A stretch of DNA of 64,000 nt, taken from contig JBIPSI010000006.1 in assembly GCA_044070495.1 (NCBI GenBank), positions 115,363 to 179,362 of the forward strand. Reading direction: 5' to 3'. The stretch is from Spirulina sp. (GTDB lineage: Bacteria > Cyanobacteriota > Cyanobacteriia > Phormidesmidales > Phormidesmidaceae). Under the pieces are notes generated by a model, which saw only the letters and a program-made list of their open reading frames with translations, did not search any database and had not been told where the DNA came from. Both the position numbers and the translations under genes were made by a program. Every line of letters starts with the position of its first letter. The stretch's first letter is position 1. Positions 1-9,799 of this stretch are shown piece by piece.

Positions 1-1
1 T

Positions 2-1429
2 CGGTTTGGGCACCTCAGCCTCCTCGATCCGGCCTGTGGATCGGGGCGATATTTGCGGGTGGCCCTGCACACCTGGCTCTACCTGGCCCAAGCCCTCGCG
101 GCGGTGGCGGGTTTAGATCGAGCCGTTACCCTACCCGACTGGATGGGAACCAGGGAGATCCGGTCGCCGGAACGTTGGGGGCTGTACTTTTACCGTCGGT
201 TCGCCAGCCACGGGCTATACGGTGTAGATAGCAGCGCAGAGGCCATTGATCTCGCCCGTCTGCAAATTTTGCTGGTGGGCATCCAGTACACCCAAAGCGC
301 CCAGGAATTAGCCAGTTTGCCCGATCTCAGCCTCACCCTAGGCGTGGGCAATGGGCTGATGGGGTTGGTAACAGTGGATGCGGAGCGGTTTGATCAATCC
401 GCCATGAAGGGCCGCCGGGGAACGGGGGGAGAAGCCACGGAAGCCATCGCGCCCCCCTTACAGGGCAACCTGTTGCAGCCCTTGATGGCCAACACCTACC
501 AAGCCATTTTGGCCGAACGCCAGGTGCGGGTGGAGCATTACCGCAGCCAGATGGAGCTTTTGGGGGAAAGCGGCAGCGTGCCCATCTACGCCCAGGCCGA
601 CTTTTTGCGCGACCGTCTAGAGGAACTTAACCAAACCACCCAGGCCAAACTAACGGAATTGTTTTGGCAAGAGGCCAGCCAGCAAATGGGGATTCGCGTG
701 CTTCAGTACGATGTCGAGGGACAGCGCCGCATCCGTCCCCTAGATTTGGCAGACGTGGCGGCGATCCATCCCTTCCACTGGGGCTTTTCCTTTGATCGGC
801 TGATGCAAGAGCGGGGCGGTTTCGACCTGATTATTAGCCACTTTCCGGGCGGGGTGGTGCAGCCCACCGAGGCCAACTTTTTAGAGGCCCAAGCCGACCT
901 ATTTGAAGCCAAGGGCGTGACGCCATCCACCTTTTTGAACAACCACAAACAGGTGCTGACCATCGACCCCGACCTCACCCAAGCCTGGGCCAACTATCGC
1001 GGCCAGTTTGCCCTGCCCAACCAGTATTTTCGACGATCCGGCCACTATCCCCACAGCACCCAACCCGCACCGGGCCAAACCCAGTCTCGGCTGTACTGGT
1101 CGCGCCTGTTTTTGGAGCGTAGTCTGCAATTGCTGCGCCCCGGTGGACGGTGTGCAGTGGTGATGGATCCCTTTTGGGCCATGGGCAATAGCGCCCCCCT
1201 GCGCCACTGGCTAGAGGCCGAAACCAACCTCGGTGGTGTAGTGGATATCTCGAACCACAATCATCTTTGGCCGGAATTACCCCCTCGCACCGCCATCAGT
1301 CTGCTGTGGCTGACAAAACAAGGCCGCACCCAAGGATCTCCCTACAGCGCCTACACCCGCACCGACAGGGCACCCACCCCAGAAGGGTTAGCGCCTCTGA
1401 TGCAACGCCTGATCCACCTGACGGAATAG
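2..1429 (+). CDS. 5'-truncated Eco57I/type IIG-like DNA adenine methyltransferase homologue, catalytic motif degenerate
   Basis: Frame is open from the window edge and reads LLDPACGSGRYL (motif I). Also LYGVD, PFHW..F and GGFDLIISHFPG in place of GGFDxxIGNPPY, then LFLERSLQLLRPGG. Confidence 0.75.
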   Translation, partial: RFGHLSLLDPACGSGRYLRVALHTWLYLAQALAAVAGLDRAVTLPDWMGTREIRSPERWGLYFYRRFASHGLYGVDSSAEAIDLARLQILLVGIQYTQSAQELASLPDLSLTLGVGNGLMGLVTVDAERFDQSAMKGRRGTGGEATEAIAPPLQGNLLQPLMANTYQAILAERQVRVEHYRSQMELLGESGSVPIYAQADFLRDRLEELNQTTQAKLTELFWQEASQQMGIRVLQYDVEGQRRIRPLDLADVAAIHPFHWGFSFDRLMQERGGFDLIISHFPGGVVQPTEANFLEAQADLFEAKGVTPSTFLNNHKQVLTIDPDLTQAWANYRGQFALPNQYFRRSGHYPHSTQPAPGQTQSRLYWSRLFLERSLQLLRPGGRCAVVMDPFWAMGNSAPLRHWLEAETNLGGVVDISNHNHLWPELPPRTAISLLWLTKQGRTQGSPYSAYTRTDRAPTPEGLAPLMQRLIHLTE

Positions 1430-1981
1430 GGTTTCCACGTCGCCGGAATTATCCAGTGCCACATCGGCACGGGCAATTTTTTCGGCCAAGGGCATCTGGC
1501 TAGCGATGCGGGCCTCGGCCTGCTCCACGGTCAGACCATTGCGGGTCATTAACCGCTGGTGTTGTTGCTCTGGAGTACAAGCCACCACCCACGTTTCCGT
1601 TACTTGATCCGTCAGCCCTGCCTCAAACAGTAGGGGGATCGCCTGCATGACGATGGGCGCATCGGCCAAGTCTGCCATAGCCTGCCTGAAGCATTGGCGC
1701 ACCACGGGATGAATCTGCTGCTCTAGCCAGCCTTTTTCCTGGGCATCGTTAAACACAATTTCCCCCAGTCTGCCGCGATTGAGGGAGCCATCGGGATTGA
1801 GCATCTCCTCACCGTAGCGGGCCACAATCGCCCCCAGCACCGGAGAACCCACCTCCACCGCCTGTCGTGCATAGACATCGGCATCCAGCACCGGGATCTG
1901 GTGTTTTTCCTCAAGATACCGGGACACCGTGGATTTGCCCGTGGCGATGCCCCCGGTTAGTCCGATAATCCGCTGGCCCAT
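1388..1981 (-). CDS. coaE: dephospho-CoA kinase
   Basis: IIGLTGGIATGKSTV P-loop, LDAD, IPLLFE, RIASQMP. Confidence 0.95.
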   Translation of the reverse strand: MGQRIIGLTGGIATGKSTVSRYLEEKHQIPVLDADVYARQAVEVGSPVLGAIVARYGEEMLNPDGSLNRGRLGEIVFNDAQEKGWLEQQIHPVVRQCFRQAMADLADAPIVMQAIPLLFEAGLTDQVTETWVVACTPEQQHQRLMTRNGLTVEQAEARIASQMPLAEKIARADVALDNSGDVETLFRQVDQALHQRR

Positions 1982-3510
1982 ACCACAATTGCCTCCGTCA
2001 GGGCGTCTAGGGTGTATTCGGCGGGTTCAATGTCTACGCGGCCCAGGTATTCTCGGCAAGTATCCGAGGTTTTGGGGCCAATGGAGGCCACCGCCACACC
2101 CTCCAAAGATTGCCGCCAATCTGGGCCAAGCCCCTGCTCCAAAAGCTGGGCCGTATGCACCACGGTCTTGGAACTGGCGAAGGTGATCACGTCAATCTGG
2201 CGCTGGCGAATCGCCTGAATCGCCATGGCATCCGGTACTAGGGGACAACCCGATTCGTAGGCCGCGACTTCTACGACCTCGGCCCCAGCGGCGGAAAATT
2301 CCTTCACCAGGATCTCTCGCCCGCCGCTCTCCACCCGTGGGAAGAGAATCCGCCGTCCGGCCACATTTTCAGGAAAATGATTGACCAGAGAATCCGCCAC
2401 AAAATCTGGCGGCACAAAGTCTGGCAACAGCCCCCGCTGTTTGAGGATAGTAGCGGTTTTAGTACCCACCACGGCAATTTTGAGTGCGTTCAGCGCCCGC
2501 AGATCTCGCCCTAGTTCCAGCAGCCGATCCAAGAAAAAGTTCACCGCATTGGCTGAAGTCAGAATCAGCCAGTCAAAGGAACCGATCTCGGCAATGGACT
2601 GATCCACGGCATCCCAACTCGCCGGAGGCCGAATTTCCAGGGCAGGAAGCTCGATTACCTGGGCACCTTGGGCGGTGAGGAGGTCGGCAAACGGGCTGTT
2701 TTGGCCAGCGGCGCGGGTGATGAGAATGGTCTTTTGGTGAAGGGGGGAGGGGGTGAAGGGTGAAGGGTGAAGGGGTGAAGGGGGGAGGGGGGAGGTAAGG
2801 TAGGGGCGGAGTTTGACCACTTCGCCGAAGACCATCACGCAGGGGGAGAGAGTTTGGCCTTTCACTACCTGGCGAATGCTGAGCAGGGTGCCTTCCCAGA
2901 CTTGCTGTTGGTCGTGGCCGCCCCAGCGAATGATGGCCACGGGCATATCGCCGCGACAGCCGTTGTTTTGCAGGCGATGGATGATTTCATCCAGGTGTTG
3001 ACTGCCCATCAACACCACCAGGGTATGCAGGGCGGCGAGGGCAGGCCAGTCCAGCAGGTCGGGATCGTGGGCGGTGACGACGCCAAAACCGTGGCTCCAC
3101 ACGGGATCAGTCAAGGGAATCCCCGCCAACAGCGGAGCCGCCAAGGCCGAGGAAATACCGGGAACCACCTCAAAGGGACAGCCCGCCTCCCGCAGCGCCT
3201 GGATTTCCGAGGTCGTGCGCCCAAAAATAAAGGGATCACCGCTCTTCAGCCGCACCACCTGATGCCCTGCCTGACAGAGCCGCACCAACAGCGCGTCAAT
3301 CTCCGCCTGGGGGGTGCTGGGTTGGCCGCCCCGCTTACCCACCTCAAACACCTGGCAATGGGGAGGAATCAGGGACAGTAAATCGCTATCCACCAAAGCG
3401 TCATACACCAGGCAATCGGCCCGCTGCAACAGATCGCGCCCCCGCAGGGTGAGGTAATCCATGCGGCCTGGGCCAGCGCCCACAAGGTAAACGGTTCCCG
3501 GCTGGGTCAT
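1957..3510 (-). CDS. cobA: uroporphyrinogen-III C-methyltransferase / uroporphyrinogen-III synthase fusion (CobA-HemD)
   Basis: VYLVGAGPG, RLKSGDPFIFGR, VVPGISS; C-terminal ILITRA...TSANAV...TFASSKTV...SIGPKT. Confidence 0.95.
   Translation of the reverse strand: MTQPGTVYLVGAGPGRMDYLTLRGRDLLQRADCLVYDALVDSDLLSLIPPHCQVFEVGKRGGQPSTPQAEIDALLVRLCQAGHQVVRLKSGDPFIFGRTTSEIQALREAGCPFEVVPGISSALAAPLLAGIPLTDPVWSHGFGVVTAHDPDLLDWPALAALHTLVVLMGSQHLDEIIHRLQNNGCRGDMPVAIIRWGGHDQQQVWEGTLLSIRQVVKGQTLSPCVMVFGEVVKLRPYLTSPLPPSPLHPSPFTPSPLHQKTILITRAAGQNSPFADLLTAQGAQVIELPALEIRPPASWDAVDQSIAEIGSFDWLILTSANAVNFFLDRLLELGRDLRALNALKIAVVGTKTATILKQRGLLPDFVPPDFVADSLVNHFPENVAGRRILFPRVESGGREILVKEFSAAGAEVVEVAAYESGCPLVPDAMAIQAIRQRQIDVITFASSKTVVHTAQLLEQGLGPDWRQSLEGVAVASIGPKTSDTCREYLGRVDIEPAEYTLDALTEAIVVWASGLSD
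2737..2795. repeat. heptamer-type short tandem repeats (GGTGAAG / GGGGGAG) forming the CobA-HemD linker
   Basis: gtgaaggggggagggggtgaagggtgaagggtgaaggggtgaaggggggaggggggag encodes SPLPPSPLHPSPFTPSPLH. Confidence 0.7.
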
Positions 3511-3545
3511 CGGTCAAACATTCGTCGTAGGATGGGCTAGAACAT

Positions 3546-3702
3546 CAGATCCCAGGGTTCTTTTGCTTGCGGCTAAGACCTTGGGTGAACACCAGAACAG
3601 AACCCTGGGATCTTTCCCGATGTTCTAGGTGTGCCAGATCCCAGGGTTCTTAATCATGCAGCTAAGGCTTTGGGTAACAGGCCAGACAGAACCCTGGGAT
3701 CT
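3546..3702. repeat. two tandem inverted-repeat units, family A (CAGATCCCAGGGTTCT ... AGAACCCTGGGATCT)
   Basis: Arms at 3546-3561/3599-3613 and 3635-3650/3688-3702. Confidence 0.85.
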
Positions 3703-3754
3703 CCTGGCATAAGCCCCTCTATCCTACCCCCGTCCTCATTGCGAATTTCTAACC

Positions 3755-4411
3755 ATGCTGACCTTTTACCACACGCCGCTGTCTGTAAACTCTCGCCGGG
3801 TTTGGGTCGCTCTGCTCGAAAAGGGCTTGACCTTTGATGCGGTGGAGATGAACCTGGGCGGCGATCAATTCAAGCCCGAATTCCTGGCGATGAACCCCTT
3901 TCACCACATCCCCGTGCTGGTGGATGACGGCTTTTCGGTGATTGAATCCTTCGCCATTTTGGACTACCTGGAAGCTAAGTATCCCACCCCCGCCCTGCTG
4001 CCCAGCGATCCCATCGCCCTAGCCAGCACCCGCATGGTGGAAATGGTGACCCTGAACGAACTCAACCCCGCCATGACGCCCCTCTTCAAAGAAATGATGG
4101 GCTTTGGGGCCGAATCCCCCGAAGCGGTGGCCCAGGCCAAGCAAAAAATTGAAGGTGTCCTGAGGTTCTATGCCGACAAACTGGGCGATGGCGACTTCTT
4201 CGGCGGCGACCAACTCACCCTAGCCGACATCGTAGCGGGCACCTTCTCCCCCTGGTTTGAAAAACTGGGCCTGCCCATGGCCAGCTATCCCACCCTGCAA
4301 GCCTGGACAGATCGCCTAGTGGCCCGCCCCGCCTGGCAAACCACCCAACCCACCGAGGAGATGATCACCGCCTTCCGGGATCGCATGAAAGCCCGTATGG
4401 CCAAGGGGTAA
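3755..4411 (+). CDS. glutathione S-transferase family protein
   Basis: N-terminal thioredoxin-like NPFHHIPVL..ESFAILDYLE; C-terminal LTLADI. Confidence 0.92.
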   Translation: MLTFYHTPLSVNSRRVWVALLEKGLTFDAVEMNLGGDQFKPEFLAMNPFHHIPVLVDDGFSVIESFAILDYLEAKYPTPALLPSDPIALASTRMVEMVTLNELNPAMTPLFKEMMGFGAESPEAVAQAKQKIEGVLRFYADKLGDGDFFGGDQLTLADIVAGTFSPWFEKLGLPMASYPTLQAWTDRLVARPAWQTTQPTEEMITAFRDRMKARMAKG

Positions 4412-4513
4412 GGGATGCCCACCCTGCGGGAAGCAAGCTACACCCCCAGCCTCTCTCCCAGGGAGGCTACTGCTCATACACACGTCTCTATTCTCTGCTT
4501 AGTTCCTAGGGGT

Positions 4514-4589
4514 GATCCCCCCTATCCCCCCTTATGAAGGGGGGAACTGGATTCAAAGTCCCCCTTTATATGGGGGATTTAGGGGGATC
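4514..4589. repeat. cyanobacterial double-hairpin repeat, family B (GATCCCCC...CCCCCTT..AAGGGGG...TTAGGGGGATC)
   Basis: Near-identical copies at 53451-53530 and, inverted, at 63909-63984. Confidence 0.85.
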
Positions 4590-4723
4590 GACCAGGGATG
4601 ACGGCAGGAGAGGGACTTAGGGTGAGGGTGCAGGCTGCTTGGAGCCAAGTACGGCCTTCCCTAACTTGGCAAAGGCACGGTCACACGGGACAATGGGATC
4701 ATTGTATTTTTTGACATTCGGCT

Positions 4724-5467
4724 GTGAATAACGCACCTGTACGCACGGTTTCTGACGCCAAGCGGGAGTTCTACGCTCACCACACCCGCCCCATCAACTC
4801 CATTTACCGGCGCGTAGTGGACGAGCTTTTGGTAGAAATGCTCCTGCTTTCGGTCAACGCCGATTTTGCCTACGATCCCCTCTATGCCTTGGGTATCGTC
4901 ACCACCTTTGACCGCTTCATGGAAGGCTACGAACCCGAAAGCGACAAAGCCTCCATTTTCAATGCCCTCTGCCGTTCGGTTCAAAGCTCCCCCGAACAGT
5001 ACCGGGGCGATGCCGAAGCCATGAAAGCCGCTGTGGCGGGGCAATCCCTCGACGATCTCAAAGCCCAGTTTGACAACCTCAACGAAGCAGCCCACAGCGG
5101 TGGCTTGCGCGGCACCCTAGGCACCGTGGCCACCAAGGAAAAATTCAAGTACAGCCGTCCCTTCGGCATTGGCCTTTACACCCTGATCGAAGCCGTCGCT
5201 GGGGAAGACACCCTTAAAAGCAAAGACACCTTTGAAACCCTGCTGAAGGAACTAACGGGTAAGCTCAACTTCTCGGCGGATAAGCTCTCCAAGGATTTGG
5301 AACTCTACCGCAGCAACATCGAAAAGTTTGCCCAGGCCCAGGAAGTGATGAAGGACATGCTGGCCGCCGAACGTAAAAAGCGCGAAGACCGCCAAAAAGC
5401 CGCCGAAGCCGAAGCCGTCGAGGTGGTCGAGACCGTCCCCGCCGAGGGCAGCGACAACGCGGGTTAG
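4724..5467 (+). CDS. psb29: Thf1/Psb29 photosystem II biogenesis protein
   Basis: RTVSDAKREFY..HTRPINSIYRRVVDELLVEM, FKYSR.F.IGL, KDLELYRSN. Confidence 0.93.
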   Translation: MNNAPVRTVSDAKREFYAHHTRPINSIYRRVVDELLVEMLLLSVNADFAYDPLYALGIVTTFDRFMEGYEPESDKASIFNALCRSVQSSPEQYRGDAEAMKAAVAGQSLDDLKAQFDNLNEAAHSGGLRGTLGTVATKEKFKYSRPFGIGLYTLIEAVAGEDTLKSKDTFETLLKELTGKLNFSADKLSKDLELYRSNIEKFAQAQEVMKDMLAAERKKREDRQKAAEAEAVEVVETVPAEGSDNAG

Positions 5468-5469
5468 TA

Positions 5470-7053
5470 TTAGACGTAAATCGGATCCAGAGCGTAGTCC
5501 TTCCAGTCTTGGTGGAAGCGCTCGGATACATGGGGGGTGAGGACGAATTTGGGTTCCTGGCCCCCTTTTACATCGACCCGCAAAAAGGAGTAGGGGCGGC
5601 GATAGTTGGGCTTTTTGCCCGTGCGGCCTAGAAAAAGCTGGGATTCAGCCACAGGGCGAAACTCAGCGGGGGATTCCGGGGTGAGGCCAGGAAAGGTTTC
5701 GCAGAGCGTATTTCCCCCAGAACGTTGGCGACGCAGACTGAGGCCGCTGCCGCCGCAGACAATCCAATCCAAATGACCATCGGCGTGGCCCGTATTCAGG
5801 GTTTTCAGGTGTTCAAAACAGTGGGCATGGCCGTTGAGGACAAGGTTCACCGGGGGCGTATCGGGGGGAATCGCAGGCACCGCCGCCACCACCTGATCCA
5901 GCACCCAGCGCAGATGGTGACGCACCGCTAGGGTTTGGCCCTGATTCCACTTGGTCGATTCAGTCACGTAGGGGGGATGGTGGAAGAACACGATTCGCCC
6001 CCGCACCGCTGGATCTTGCCAGGAGGCGATCAGCTTATCCCGCAGCCACAGCAGTTGTTCGGTGTCAATTTGGGCGGTGGGGTTGGCGTTGAGCTGCTTA
6101 TCGATGTCGAGCAGCATTTCGTCGTACTGCTCCACCTTAGCCTGCCAGTCGTCTAGGTCTTCCTGGGCGTGGGCATCCTTGGGGTTGCGATGCCGAGCGG
6201 CTTCCTCCACCGCCCGCCGATCCTCCATCACCCGCCGCCGCTGATCCTGAAGCCACTGGCGATGATCCAGCCCGCCCTGGTGGGCCAACAACGAGGGATC
6301 GTTAAAGGTACTGGAATCTAGGGCAAAGAAATCAATCCCGCCATAGCGAAAGGTGTAGTAGCGGTTGGGCAGGCGGGTATACACGCCGGGACGGTAGCGC
6401 AAGCCCTGGGTGCGGCTGTCCCAGGGGCCATAGTGTTCCCGCAGGTGAGCCGCTAGCCGTTGGTCGGGCATTCCCTGCAAATAGTCCAAAAAGGCACGGG
6501 CATAGGCATCCCCCACCCCCGACCCATGCCAGCCCACATTCGGGTTGAGGTCGATGCCCAATAGCTTGCGTAGGGGCTTGCTGATCTGCACCAGCAGACT
6601 ATACAACCGGGGCAGGTTGTAATAATCGTGGTTTCCGGGCACCGCCAAAAACGGAAACCGAAATAGCATTTGGTCGTAGACAATCTGGTCGGGCTGATCT
6701 CCCCCCACCAGCCACTCCCGGTAGGGCTTGATGAAATTGTCGGGATACTGCTCGCGGGAACCCACCTGATACACCACATCCCCGGTGTGCAGCAAAAAAC
6801 GGCAGTCCTGCAAGTGGGGCACCATCTGCTCCGCCAACCGCCGCTGGGGGTGATGGTCGGGGTGGGGGCCAGATCCACTATCGCCAATCACCAAAAAGGA
6901 AAAGTCCTCCGCCTCGGCGTGACCATCCTCCAACATCAGCCGAGTTTGGTCAATGTGACGGGCCACCAGGGCCGGATGTTGCCAACACACCCGCGCCTTC
7001 ATCTTGGCGACCTTGGCAGGAATCGGCGGATCGAGGATAGAAGCCATAGACAA
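5470..7053 (-). CDS. calcineurin-like metallophosphoesterase
   Basis: GDSG, GDVVY, GNHD, HHPPY and GHAH motifs. Confidence 0.9.
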   Translation of the reverse strand: MSMASILDPPIPAKVAKMKARVCWQHPALVARHIDQTRLMLEDGHAEAEDFSFLVIGDSGSGPHPDHHPQRRLAEQMVPHLQDCRFLLHTGDVVYQVGSREQYPDNFIKPYREWLVGGDQPDQIVYDQMLFRFPFLAVPGNHDYYNLPRLYSLLVQISKPLRKLLGIDLNPNVGWHGSGVGDAYARAFLDYLQGMPDQRLAAHLREHYGPWDSRTQGLRYRPGVYTRLPNRYYTFRYGGIDFFALDSSTFNDPSLLAHQGGLDHRQWLQDQRRRVMEDRRAVEEAARHRNPKDAHAQEDLDDWQAKVEQYDEMLLDIDKQLNANPTAQIDTEQLLWLRDKLIASWQDPAVRGRIVFFHHPPYVTESTKWNQGQTLAVRHHLRWVLDQVVAAVPAIPPDTPPVNLVLNGHAHCFEHLKTLNTGHADGHLDWIVCGGSGLSLRRQRSGGNTLCETFPGLTPESPAEFRPVAESQLFLGRTGKKPNYRRPYSFLRVDVKGGQEPKFVLTPHVSERFHQDWKDYALDPIYV

Positions 7054-7409
7054 TACAAACCTAGGCCGCGCCCCACGGCAAACACATTATCTCTCTTTCA
7101 GGGTAATCCGATTCGCCCACTCGCGCACCCCAGAACCCAAGGCTCCTACAGGTAGAACATCCTGAAAAACCCCCGGTATCCACAGCCCAAAAACCACAGA
7201 AGGTTATAAACGTGATGTCTAGTTTGTATGTGGGGCAAATATCTTAATCCGATAGGATTCTGAGGCGCAAGAGAGTCTATTTGATTAAAAAATACAACAT
7301 ATTTTCAAGACTTTAGCCGAAAGAAGTTCCCTCCCGAAAAATTTAGGATAGGATTGCGAACGAGTATTTCATAACCTCCCATTTTGTCAAGAAGTGGGAA
7401 GATTTAATC

Positions 7410-9791
7410 ATGCATCTACTGGCCCTGCTAAAAAGTCACTCTTTTTCTTTATCTTTTCTAGCGCTACTTTTAAATAGCGTTACCAGCCCGATTTTCTTTC
7501 CTAGTATTGAAACCTTGGCTGCGGAGCAAAGCGACTACTCAGTAGCGCAAAATATCTCAAAAAAGTTTACCTATTTTAACAATAAAGAAGCACTCTCATC
7601 GCTTCCAGATTCCCCTCCTAGCTTATCCACTAACTCCTTTCTTGGAACTAACTTTTTTACCCCTTACCAAGTCGAGATTAGGGAAAATTTGCCAGACAAT
7701 ACCTTCTTTCGCCTACCCACCCACCTACAGCTACTCAACGCACCTGAAGGTTATATCCCTGAAGATGCTGCCTTGCAGATTGTTCCTAATCTGAGGGGGG
7801 ATGGCTTGATGGTCAGCCTCAGACTATGTTCTACCACTACGCCCGCAGAAAACTGCGTCATAGGTCACTTTTCTACCCAGCCCCTATCCTCTAGCTCCGC
7901 TCAGGCGGATTTAGCCGCCCATCAGTCCATCGGTTATCCCATCACCCTAGCCCCCGGCATCCAGGCTCATTTCCGAGAATATCGCGATGGCCCCATTGCC
8001 TATGCGTCCTTGATGTGGGAACAGGATGGGCAATTTTATCGTATCCAATTTCCTGCTGCCGAGCGACAAAATATGCTCTACATGGCATTGGAAATGATCA
8101 ATAACGAACCCCTCTATCCCTCTGGTTCTGATTCCAGTTCCATAGCACTAAGGAATGGAGAAGTCAGGCCAGAACCAACCATTGAAATTATCTCCTCAGC
8201 GTCTAGTTTGCCCACTGAGACTGTGACGGACTCATCCACTGAATCCATCAACCGAGACAGCCTTTATATCTCGGAGTCTAGCATATTTAGTGACGAAGAA
8301 ATGCGCGGCTGGTTGGCGCAAATTCAGACGTTAAATCAGAACGCTCCAATTACTGAACTTCGGGATCGCATTACCCAGGAATATATTAATCGTGGCTACA
8401 TTACCTCAACAGTAAATATTATAGATCAAGACTATCTTCCCCCCGAATTTGACAATGGAATAGGAATCGTCGAGGGCTTTGTCTCTGATATTTGCGTTAT
8501 GGAAAGCCAAGACGATGAATGCTCTAGCGACTTCGCTGCCTACATTCGTTCTCGATTAGATCTAGTCGGTGGGCCGCCACTCAACCTAGATCGCCTCGAA
8601 GAAAAGCTACGTCTACTACGGCTAGATCCCCTATTTAGCAATATAGAAGCCACCCTCAGACCAACAACCGATGAACTCGTTCGCGAGCAGGGTGGAATTG
8701 ACCTAGTAGTTCGAGTTACGCCAGCCCAACCATTTATTTATAACGCAAGTATCAATAACGATTCTGCCCCCAGTATTGGCGCAGAGCAATTTGAACTGGG
8801 CTTCACCTACCTCAATCCTGGGGGATTTGGGGATTCTTTCTCAGCCAACTATGCCCATTCCTTTGCGGGTGGACTAGATTACTTTGAAACCGTTTATCAA
8901 GTACCTCTTAGCCCAACGGACACAACGTTGCGGTTATCTGGAGCTTGGATTGGTACTAACGTCGTTGAAGAACCCTTTAACCAACTAGGCGTTTCTGGTA
9001 ATACGAATCGCTACGCTGTCTGGTTACGACAACCCTTAATTAGAACGCCCCAGGAAGAATTGGGTCTTTCCCTTGGGTTTACTCGCACTGCTGGACAAAC
9101 ATTTTTGTTTGATCGTCTGCCTACACCCTTTGGTTTTGGCCCGGATGCCAATGGTTTTAGCAGTACCAGCGTTATCAGCTTTGCCCAGGACTATGTTTTT
9201 CGAGAACCCGATGGTGCTTGGGCCTTTACCTCACAATTTAACCTAGGTACCAGGCTCTTTAATGCTACGGAAAACCCTGCTCCTATCCCCGATGGGCAGT
9301 TTTTTAGTTGGCAGGGGCTGGCCCAACGGGTACAACGTATTGGCTTAGATCACTTACTGATCGCAACTTTTAATGTGCAACTTACGCCCCAATCACTTCT
9401 ACCCTCCGAAAGCTTTACCATCGGCGGCGTTAACTCTGTGCGTGGCTATCGCCAAGGGGCACGATCCGGTGACAATGGCCTACGGTTTTCTCTGGAAGAT
9501 CGCATCACAGTTCAGCGAGATGGAGCGGGACGACCTGTTTTTATTCTCACGCCTTTTCTTGATCTCGGTTCTGTTTGGAATCATCCTACTAATCCCAACG
9601 TGATTACAGGGCAGTCTTTTTTAATGGGCAGTGGCCTAGGGATGATTTTGCAAAATATTGAAGGGCTAGAAGGTGTTAGCTTTCGATTAAACTACGGCAT
9701 TCCCATTATTAATATGAGTGATCGGGGCAACAATCTCCAAGATTCTGGCTTCTATTTCGGTGTTGACTACAATTCCGCTCCTAATCAGTGA
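7410..9791 (+). CDS. ShlB/FhaC/HecB family two-partner secretion transporter (TpsB) with extra N-terminal domain
   Basis: Signal-like N-terminus, POTRA (ITQEYINRGYITS, LEEKLRLL), beta-barrel with IGGVNSVRGY motif, terminal GFYFGVDY. Confidence 0.9.
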   Translation: MHLLALLKSHSFSLSFLALLLNSVTSPIFFPSIETLAAEQSDYSVAQNISKKFTYFNNKEALSSLPDSPPSLSTNSFLGTNFFTPYQVEIRENLPDNTFFRLPTHLQLLNAPEGYIPEDAALQIVPNLRGDGLMVSLRLCSTTTPAENCVIGHFSTQPLSSSSAQADLAAHQSIGYPITLAPGIQAHFREYRDGPIAYASLMWEQDGQFYRIQFPAAERQNMLYMALEMINNEPLYPSGSDSSSIALRNGEVRPEPTIEIISSASSLPTETVTDSSTESINRDSLYISESSIFSDEEMRGWLAQIQTLNQNAPITELRDRITQEYINRGYITSTVNIIDQDYLPPEFDNGIGIVEGFVSDICVMESQDDECSSDFAAYIRSRLDLVGGPPLNLDRLEEKLRLLRLDPLFSNIEATLRPTTDELVREQGGIDLVVRVTPAQPFIYNASINNDSAPSIGAEQFELGFTYLNPGGFGDSFSANYAHSFAGGLDYFETVYQVPLSPTDTTLRLSGAWIGTNVVEEPFNQLGVSGNTNRYAVWLRQPLIRTPQEELGLSLGFTRTAGQTFLFDRLPTPFGFGPDANGFSSTSVISFAQDYVFREPDGAWAFTSQFNLGTRLFNATENPAPIPDGQFFSWQGLAQRVQRIGLDHLLIATFNVQLTPQSLLPSESFTIGGVNSVRGYRQGARSGDNGLRFSLEDRITVQRDGAGRPVFILTPFLDLGSVWNHPTNPNVITGQSFLMGSGLGMILQNIEGLEGVSFRLNYGIPIINMSDRGNNLQDSGFYFGVDYNSAPNQ

Positions 9792-9799
9792 GGGCAACT

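Noticed and set aside
3546..3702. CRISPR array (repeats with ~36-nt spacers), also 38268-38436
   Set aside because: Repeats alternate in orientation, there are only 2 units, spacers are duplicated at 38.3 kb, and no cas genes are present.
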